Assembly: GCA_964592525.1 (NCBI GenBank) | Contig: CAZQFB010000001.1 | Coordinates: 65,419-129,418, forward strand | Source of the DNA: an uncultured Candidatus Saccharibacteria bacterium | GTDB taxonomy: Bacteria; Patescibacteriota; WWE3; CAZQFB01 | Direction of reading: 5' to 3' | DNA length: 64,000 nucleotides | Part shown: piece by piece, positions 57,486 to 64,000 of the stretch | Numbering within the stretch: the first letter of the stretch is position 1 | Layout: every line of letters starts with the position of its first letter | Notes under the pieces: model-generated | Database searches by the model: none | What the model was told of the DNA's origin: nothing | The model's input: only the letters and a program-made list of their open reading frames with translations | Position numbers and translations under genes: made by a program

Positions 57486-59136
57486 AGAATGGCAGTTGAA
57501 ACCCTCTCAAGCTAAGGAGCTGCTTGACCATTTATTAGCGTTACGAGGTGTCGCTACTGGAGAGAAGGCGACCTTTTTAAATCCACCTTATCCTCTGAAA
57601 CAAGAAATAGCCGAGTTGGCGGGTATTGCTCCTCAAAGACTAGCGCAAGCAGCTGCTCTGATTATTACTGCCACCCAGAACAACAGACCAATTGTCATTC
57701 ATGGTGATTATGATGCTGATGGTATTACCGCCACAGCTATTCTCTGGGAAGTAATTTACCGCGCTTTTAATTATCAGCGAGTATTTCCCTATCTTCCTAA
57801 GCGATTGAGCGAGGGTTATGGTCTTTCTGCCCAGTCTTTGGAAGCGATCAGTCACCAATACCCGGGAGCTTTAGTGGTAACAGTGGATTGTGGGATTACG
57901 GCTTTAGCGGCTAGTCAATATGCGACCAAGCTGGGCTTAGAGCTGATTATCACTGACCATCATGCTGCGCTTATGGAGTCTCCCAAGTCACTAGTAACTC
58001 TGCATAGCACGGCTTTAACTGGATCAGCTCTTGCTTGGTTATTAGCTGAAGAATTGTTAGCACAGTGGGGTGTGGGGGAACGGGAAGGCTTGTTAGAGTT
58101 AGCGGCTTTAGGCGTTATTGCCGATATTCAGCCTTTAAGGGGGGCTAACCGACAGCTTGTTAGTCATGGTTTAAGTGCTCTGCAGCGGACAACGCGCCCG
58201 GGGTTGCGAGCTTTATTAGCGGTAGCCGGTGTAGCTGAAAAAGAATTAACCCCTGGAGTTGTAGGTTGGTGGCTTACTCCTCGAATTAATGCGGCGGGTA
58301 GGCTTGATGATGCTTATTTGGCTTTAAGGCTGTTGTGTACTGAATCACCAGCTCAAGCGGAAAAGTATGCTGTTGAGTTAAATAAAATGAATGCCTTGCG
58401 TCAGGAGCTGACTACTAAATCCTGGCAGGAAGCGTTGACTTTGGTTAATGAGGATCAGTTGGTTCAAGTTTTAGCCAGCAGTGCTTGGCATGAGGGTATT
58501 ATTGGCTTGATTGCGGGGAAGATACGAGAGGAGCTTAATAAGCCAACAGTGGTGATCGCCACCTCCGGTAAAGTGGGTAAAGGTTCTGCCAGATCAATCG
58601 CGGGTTTTGATATTACGGCGGCATTAAGAAGTTTAGCCTCGCTGCTGCCGGAGGTAGGGGGTCACCCGCAGGCAGCTGGTTTTTCAATTTGTACGAAAGA
58701 CATTGAGGCCTTACGTGAGGGCTTAAATGACTATGCAGCTGTGCGGATAACTAAGACCATGCTTACGCCTGTGCTGGAGTTGGATGCTGCCCTGCCTTTA
58801 GCGGAAATATCTTTAGCCACAGCAGCCACAGTTAATACGCTGAAACCTTTTGGTCCAGGTAATCCGCAACCGCTGTTTATGACTGACCAAGTAGAGGTTT
58901 TGCAGGTAAACACCGTTGGTGCTGATAACCAACATCTCAAAATATTAGCCGGTGACAGGCGCTCTCCGCTATCGGTAATTGGGTTTGGTTTGGGCACTCG
59001 TATAAGTGAGTTAGCTAGAGGGGAGATGGTTTCGCTCGCCTATCATATTGGTATTAATGACTATCAGGGTACAAAAAGACTACAGCTGGAACTGAAGGAT
59101 TTTAAGAGAGCTCACGAAAACGGTTTTTCATATTAA
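57478..59136 (+). CDS. recJ: Single-stranded-DNA-specific exonuclease RecJ
   Basis: DHH motifs IVIHGDYDADGITATAIL and ITDHH, with a DHHA1 region. Confidence 0.8.
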   Translation: MVKEWQLKPSQAKELLDHLLALRGVATGEKATFLNPPYPLKQEIAELAGIAPQRLAQAAALIITATQNNRPIVIHGDYDADGITATAILWEVIYRAFNYQRVFPYLPKRLSEGYGLSAQSLEAISHQYPGALVVTVDCGITALAASQYATKLGLELIITDHHAALMESPKSLVTLHSTALTGSALAWLLAEELLAQWGVGEREGLLELAALGVIADIQPLRGANRQLVSHGLSALQRTTRPGLRALLAVAGVAEKELTPGVVGWWLTPRINAAGRLDDAYLALRLLCTESPAQAEKYAVELNKMNALRQELTTKSWQEALTLVNEDQLVQVLASSAWHEGIIGLIAGKIREELNKPTVVIATSGKVGKGSARSIAGFDITAALRSLASLLPEVGGHPQAAGFSICTKDIEALREGLNDYAAVRITKTMLTPVLELDAALPLAEISLATAATVNTLKPFGPGNPQPLFMTDQVEVLQVNTVGADNQHLKILAGDRRSPLSVIGFGLGTRISELARGEMVSLAYHIGINDYQGTKRLQLELKDFKRAHENGFSY

Positions 59137-59283
59137 GAAATTTTATTTTCCCACTATTATTAATAGTTTGATTAATAAATGAACAATCCTTACCTGCACT
59201 TTTTTATGCCGTGTGTCTAATTTTGGGGTGGCTTATTTTTTCAGCTTGTTTAAATAAGACTTGTTGTGTGACATAATCTTACT

Positions 59284-59955
59284 GTGATAGCACTAACCGA
59301 TCTTCTCTCTAAATCTTGGCATCTTTATAAAAGAAAATTTAAGGTGCTTATGGCGATTGTTCTTATTATGTGGGGTGCCTCTGTTGTTAGTGCGGTTCTA
59401 ATCTCTATTTTAGTTAGTCCGGAAAACGCTTTACTATCCTTGCTGGTAATGATAATCAGTTTAGTGCCTTTTGTAGTTCAAATCTGGGCTTCATTGGCTA
59501 TGCTTTATGTTTTGAGGGATGATAAGCTGGCTGCTCTAGAGTCTTATCGGGTAAGCAAGGAAAAGTTAGCTTCTTTCGCGTGGCTGATGATTTTAACGGG
59601 TTGTATCATAATTCTTGGTTTTATGCTTTTGATTATTCCTGGTTTTCTCTTTATCGTTTGGTTCTCCTTTGCGGGCTTTATTTTTCTTGATGAGGGTTTG
59701 CTTGGTCTGGAAGCTCTGAAAAGAAGTAAGCAATGTGTGAGCGGTAAAGAGGTAGCGGTGGCTGTTCGTTTGGGTTTTTTAATACTGGCAATGGTGCTCA
59801 TCAGCCTTTTAGCCTCAAAACTTGTCAAAGGTCTGGAAAATACCGCTGGTTCCGATCTCACCTATTTAAAGGACATCCTCTTATTTGGCTTAGTCACGCC
59901 ATTTTCAACCGTCTATTCTTACCTATTATATAAAAACGTAAAGTCTTTAAAATAA
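59284..59955 (+). CDS. Hypothetical polytopic membrane protein
   Basis: Five to six hydrophobic helices and no catalytic motifs. Confidence 0.35.
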   Translation: MIALTDLLSKSWHLYKRKFKVLMAIVLIMWGASVVSAVLISILVSPENALLSLLVMIISLVPFVVQIWASLAMLYVLRDDKLAALESYRVSKEKLASFAWLMILTGCIIILGFMLLIIPGFLFIVWFSFAGFIFLDEGLLGLEALKRSKQCVSGKEVAVAVRLGFLILAMVLISLLASKLVKGLENTAGSDLTYLKDILLFGLVTPFSTVYSYLLYKNVKSLK

Positions 59956-60107
59956 ACTTACGCTTTTCCCCCATTCCTCAATTTTGAGTCTTACCAATAA
60001 ATTATCAATAATAATCTAGGTTTGAAGTAAGGGGGTTATAAGAGCGGAGCGGAATCGTTGCCTCTGGTTATTTTTATCTGTAGTATAAGCCTATTAAGCT
60101 TTTGTTC

Positions 60108-61475
60108 ATGACCAAAACTTATATTTCCGAACTAATCAATAAAAAAAGTGATATGGTTAACCTTCTTGGCTGGGTGGAAAATCGTCGGGATTTAGGTAAA
60201 AAGATTTTTATTGATCTTCGTGATAGTACCGGTTTGGTGCAAGTGGTCTGTGACGACTCGGCTGGAGATATCCGCAACGAATATATCATAGGGGTTAAGG
60301 GTAGAGTTCAGCAGCGCCAGGTACGGGAGGGTGATAGTGAGGTCTTACCAGTTGAGGTCGTGGCAGATGAGTTGGTGATTGTAGCTAAGTCTCAAACACC
60401 GCCTTTCCCTATTAATACTATTGGTGATGATATTGATGATACGCTGCGCTTGAAGTATCGGTATTTAGATCTACGCCGTAAACGTTTACAAAGAAACATT
60501 AAGTTTAGACATCAATACGTGAGCGCGATTCGTGAATTTCTAAACAGCCGTAAGTTTACGGAGATTGAGACACCGCTTCTCACCAAAACCACTCCCGAAG
60601 GAGCGCGGGATTTTGTGGTCCCTTCTCGTCTTAATACGGGCTATTTTTACGCTTTGCCACAAAGCCCGCAACAGTATAAGCAACTGCTCATGTTGGCTGG
60701 TTTTGAGCGGTATTATCAACTCGCCCGGTGTTTGCGCGATGAAGATTTAAGAGGTGATCGGAGCTTTGAGCACACCCAGATTGATCTGGAAATGTCTTTT
60801 GTCAACAGAGAGAATGTGATGGCTTTGGTGGAGGAAATGGTAGTGCAAGTGGCAGAAAAACTAGGTTATGAATTAAAAGATAAGCCCTTCCCTCGCTTTA
60901 CTTATCAGGAGGTGCTGGCTAAATTTGGTGCTGATAAATTTGATCTGCGTACGGAATCTGAAAAAGAGAAGGGTATGTTGTCTTATGCTTGGGTAATAGA
61001 TTTCCCTTTGTTTGAGAAAAAAGGAGAAGGGTGGACCTTTAGTCATAACCCCTTTTCCAATCCCATACCAGAGCATCGGGATAAGTTGTTGGCTGGGGAA
61101 ATAGAAGGCATTCTCTCGTCACAGTACGACTTAGTGTGTAATGGTTACGAAGTGGGGGGTGGTAGTATTCGCAGTCACGAGCCAAAGGTATTAAAAAGAG
61201 TGTTGGAAGTTATAGGTCATTCGGCAACAGAAATAGAGACGGAGTTTGGTCACATGCTGGAGGCTTTGACTTATGGCGCTCCCCCTCATGGTGGGATTGC
61301 TTTGGGTATAGAACGCTTGGTAACGCTGATGCTACGTGAGGATAACATTAGAGAAGTACAAGCTTTTCCTCTTTCGTATCGAGGAAAAACCGCTGTCATG
61401 GATGCCCCCAGCCCACTTTTACCGGACCAGCTTAAGGAATTGGGTTTGGCAATTGCTCAAGACGAAAAGGTATGA
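60108..61475 (+). CDS. aspS: Aspartate--tRNA ligase, short archaeal/bacterial-reduced type
   Basis: N-terminal OB fold, class II motif 1 (LRYRYLDLRR), motif 2 (FERYYQLARCLRDEDLRGDRSFEHTQIDLEMSF) and motif 3 (GGGSIRSHE). Confidence 0.85.
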   Translation: MTKTYISELINKKSDMVNLLGWVENRRDLGKKIFIDLRDSTGLVQVVCDDSAGDIRNEYIIGVKGRVQQRQVREGDSEVLPVEVVADELVIVAKSQTPPFPINTIGDDIDDTLRLKYRYLDLRRKRLQRNIKFRHQYVSAIREFLNSRKFTEIETPLLTKTTPEGARDFVVPSRLNTGYFYALPQSPQQYKQLLMLAGFERYYQLARCLRDEDLRGDRSFEHTQIDLEMSFVNRENVMALVEEMVVQVAEKLGYELKDKPFPRFTYQEVLAKFGADKFDLRTESEKEKGMLSYAWVIDFPLFEKKGEGWTFSHNPFSNPIPEHRDKLLAGEIEGILSSQYDLVCNGYEVGGGSIRSHEPKVLKRVLEVIGHSATEIETEFGHMLEALTYGAPPHGGIALGIERLVTLMLREDNIREVQAFPLSYRGKTAVMDAPSPLLPDQLKELGLAIAQDEKV

Positions 61476-62470
61476 AAATCTTTGATCTGGAGTATTACCT
61501 GTTTCGTTTAGTACGCTATAGCCGGTATCGGGTTAGAAAAAGAAAACGACAGCGAGGCTACTTGCTTCCCCCCCAATTGTTGAAAAAGATATTGTGGTTA
61601 GGGGTATTGTTGTTAGCTTCTCTTTTGCTCATTACTTATTTAAGTACGGTGGGGGAACTTCCACCAGAAGTAGTAGTTGAACTTCCGCCTCCCGTAGTGG
61701 CAGAACAGAAAGTGATTAAGCCACGTCGTATTCCTGATGCTGCCGCTGCCCCAGTTGGTACCGCTAAAGCAGTTGCCCTTTATGATACAACTTCTGGTAG
61801 TTGGCTTTTAGAGCGGAACATTGACCAGCTTTTACCGCCCGCTTCTATCACGAAACTGCTTACGGCGATAGTGGCTTTGGAAAACTATCAATTATCCGAT
61901 CCGGTAAGGGTGCCATCTAAATGTGTGGGTCTTGAAGGTAATCAAATTGGTTTGTTGACCGAAGAAGTTTGGACGGTGGAAGAATTAATGTATGGGATGT
62001 TGGTCTCATCAGCTTCCGATGCTACTTGTGCTTTGGCTTCTCATGTGGCGCAGGTCACTGATTATGTGGCGGCCATGAATTTAAGAGCGAGGTCTTTGGG
62101 TTTAAGTAACACCACCTTTATTAACCCCATTGGTCTTGATGATGAGGGGCATTTATCCACTGCTCGGGATATCATCTTGTTAGGTGATTATGTCCTTAAA
62201 GATGAAGCCTTAAGGCGAATTGTGGTTACTGATCAAATAGAAATTAAGGGCAGGTTGCTGGAGAACACTAATGAGTTGTTAGGTCAAGTTAAAGGTTTAA
62301 TTGGGGTTAAAACTGGTTACACCGAAGGTGCTAATGAGTGTTTGTTATTTGCCGTTAACCGTGAGCAACACTTAGTGCTGGGGGTGGTATTGGGAAGCGA
62401 GGATCGGTTTAAAGAAGCGTCAGCTTTAATTGAGTGGGTTTTTGCTACTCATGAATGGGTTATTGAGTAG
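61472..62470 (+). CDS. dacA: D-alanyl-D-alanine carboxypeptidase (peptidase S11, PBP5-like)
   Basis: SxxK motif SITKLLT, an SxN-like SASD motif and KTG motif KTGYT; N-terminal TM helix. Confidence 0.75.
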   Translation: MKIFDLEYYLFRLVRYSRYRVRKRKRQRGYLLPPQLLKKILWLGVLLLASLLLITYLSTVGELPPEVVVELPPPVVAEQKVIKPRRIPDAAAAPVGTAKAVALYDTTSGSWLLERNIDQLLPPASITKLLTAIVALENYQLSDPVRVPSKCVGLEGNQIGLLTEEVWTVEELMYGMLVSSASDATCALASHVAQVTDYVAAMNLRARSLGLSNTTFINPIGLDDEGHLSTARDIILLGDYVLKDEALRRIVVTDQIEIKGRLLENTNELLGQVKGLIGVKTGYTEGANECLLFAVNREQHLVLGVVLGSEDRFKEASALIEWVFATHEWVIE

Positions 62471-63674
62471 TGAGACTGCAAGGAGTGCCTAAGGTATCTG
62501 CTTCACCCCAGCAAATGGGGTTAATAGCTGGCACATAGGCATAATAATCAGCGCGCAGGTCTTCGGTGGTGATAGCTTCTCCTTGAAAAACATAGATGGG
62601 TTGGAGATATTTTTTAAAAGAGATACCTGTGTCATAGTAAGAAAGAAAAATACCGGTAATATCTACTTGTTTGACACCTAAAGGAAGATAAGACCCAATG
62701 GACATGTCGCCTTTAATTCTAAGATGAGCGATGTAAGCTTGACCATCTTTTAATTCCTGCCAGGCTTGGTTGATAGATTTAAGGGGGTAGGTTGATTTGC
62801 TCTTTTTGTTATCTAAATTTAATCTTTGTGAACTAAAGTGGATAGTGGGTTTTAGATAATCACTATTAGTGCTGTTGGTCAGGTACATTTCCACGACGCC
62901 TGTATTGGGGTTATCCGTGACAATCCAGTAGTTACCAGGTATCAATCGGCTACTCATTCCAGGATAATCTTTAGTATCAACGGGCAGTTCAATAAAAAAG
63001 TTAACCTGGACCATTTGGGCTTCGGATTGGCGATCAACTTCTTCTACTTGGGTACCTTTAATCTGTATATATTTGGCGTTTAATCTGGCTTCGTTGAGAT
63101 GATAGGATTCGTTTTGGGACGTAATGCTGGCGATGAAATCTTTAGCAGTGGCCATAGCACTGTCTAGATTAGGGGCTGATCCTCGTGGTACGGTAGGAGC
63201 TACTTTAACCAAGTTAGTTTCCAGATGAAAATCATTAGTTAAAATATTCATCTCCAGTGTTCTGTCATCAGCTTCATCACGCCAAATCCAATCAGTAGCA
63301 GACTGTTCAATTCTTGGCTCGGTGAACCCCAAGGAGATGGCAAAATTTACGGCTGCCTTTTCGCTTGACAGCACACTGACACTATCATCTAGCTTATAAA
63401 CAGGTGCTCGATCGGGTACTACGGGAAGTTCGGCTTGGATAGTTTCCAAGCGGTAATTTGGAGTTGAACCTTGTTTGAGGGGTAGTGAGTTTAGTTTTAG
63501 TTTGGGTAATTTACCATAAGCCATTTCAGCTGGAGAGATGGGTGTGGGATTGAGGTTTTGCCAGATATAGTACCCCAGGTTGACAAATATTTTACCGACC
63601 ACAACCATGATCAAAAAAACAGCGGTCAGGTTGATGGCCAGTTTGGTTTTTTTGGCTGCGGTATATAAAGACAT
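62460..63674 (-). CDS. Hypothetical secreted/membrane-anchored protein
   Basis: N-terminal TM helix then a roughly 370-aa domain with no recognisable motif; the C-terminus contains two Cys (CWGEADTLGTPC). Confidence 0.35.
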   Translation of the reverse strand: MSLYTAAKKTKLAINLTAVFLIMVVVGKIFVNLGYYIWQNLNPTPISPAEMAYGKLPKLKLNSLPLKQGSTPNYRLETIQAELPVVPDRAPVYKLDDSVSVLSSEKAAVNFAISLGFTEPRIEQSATDWIWRDEADDRTLEMNILTNDFHLETNLVKVAPTVPRGSAPNLDSAMATAKDFIASITSQNESYHLNEARLNAKYIQIKGTQVEEVDRQSEAQMVQVNFFIELPVDTKDYPGMSSRLIPGNYWIVTDNPNTGVVEMYLTNSTNSDYLKPTIHFSSQRLNLDNKKSKSTYPLKSINQAWQELKDGQAYIAHLRIKGDMSIGSYLPLGVKQVDITGIFLSYYDTGISFKKYLQPIYVFQGEAITTEDLRADYYAYVPAINPICWGEADTLGTPCSLTTQ

Positions 63675-63886
63675 ACTGTTAGTGTAAAGCTAAAAGTGTA
63701 AAGTTGAAAGTTAATGACACCCAACTCACCAAGTGAGTGGTCGCTTGCTATGTTTTGGTACTTTTGTCTTCCGCTTAACATGCTGTCTGTTAGCCTCAAG
63801 ATCAATAAATTGCTCTTCGCGTACTTAAGATAGCTTAATGGTAATGCTTAAAGATCTCTAGATGATAAAATCAAGGGTATGCATCA

Positions 63887-64000
63887 GATACGCACTCGCT
63901 TTGCGCCTTCTCCCACTGGTTTTGTTCATGTGGGTAGTCTGTATTCAGCCCTTTTTGCCTATGCTTTTGCTAAAAGTCACCAGGGTGCTTTTATTGTTCG
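63887..64000 (+). CDS. gltX: Glutamyl-tRNA synthetase, 5' end (runs off the window)
   Basis: [32 protein letters not shown] is the class I GluRS N-terminus with the HIGH-region equivalent. Confidence 0.7.

Noticed and set aside
59956-60107. T-box riboswitch upstream of aspS (AAGTAAGGGGGTTATAAGAGCGG vaguely resembles the T-box AAUUAGGGUGGUACCGCGG)
   Set aside because: The leader is only about 150 nt. There is no convincing specifier/stem I architecture and no terminator/antiterminator alternative hairpin with a U-tail, so the match is partial and probably chance.
1-64000. tRNA genes
   Set aside because: I scanned the intergenic gaps for GGTTCGAATCC-type T-loops with cloverleaf pairing and found none convincing. 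A tRNAscan run would be needed to exclude them.

Overview
This window reads as a gene-dense, AT-rich chromosomal segment from a genome-reduced bacterium. Many adjacent genes overlap at stop/start codons and several housekeeping proteins are short forms: IF-2 of 484 aa, AlaRS of 591 aa, AspRS of 457 aa, HrcA of 239 aa. From this I infer a Patescibacteria/CPR-like lineage. Both strands are almost entirely coding. Genes I can place are listed here in order. On the left are an LRR protein (5'-truncated), a UvrD-type helicase fused to a Cas4/AddB-like Fe-S nuclease, a FemAB-family transferase, KsgA, a G5+3D secreted protein, a PcrA/UvrD helicase and GAPDH. Next comes an ABC-ATPase / ABC-2-permease-GldG-fusion / DUF4340 export cluster. 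It is followed by a ferredoxin-like protein and an aldehyde:ferredoxin oxidoreductase (AOR)-like pair, both with eroded Fe-S ligands, then an LCP protein, HolA-like, a sortase, and convergent with it an FN3 protein, a large LPXTG-anchored multidomain surface protein and PilO/PilN-like genes next to rpsT. Then come MurJ, LepA and an ATP-cone + PD-(D/E)XK nuclease-like gene. An approximately 1.1-kb non-coding AT-rich region follows; it carries DnaA-box-like 9-mers and a CIRCE-like operator and sits in front of hrcA-grpE-dnaK-dnaJ. Further right are thyX, an FKBP, nusA-infB, a truncated DHH phosphoesterase, rpsO-pnp, a membrane protein plus a stand-alone Lon-type AAA+ module with neither N-domain nor protease domain, UDG family 4, RNase J, FtsK and RodZ-like. 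A GT2 glycosyltransferase lies on the opposite strand there. After small YtxH-like proteins comes a long + strand operon (alaS, ftsA, an unknown 530-aa membrane protein, ruvX, mltG, secD, secF, recJ), then a membrane protein, aspS and a D-Ala-D-Ala carboxypeptidase. The window ends with a hypothetical secreted protein and the start of gltX. I found no CRISPR array, transposase or obvious tRNA by eye. There is one GC-rich structured intergenic segment (about 3410..3628) that looks like an RNA gene.
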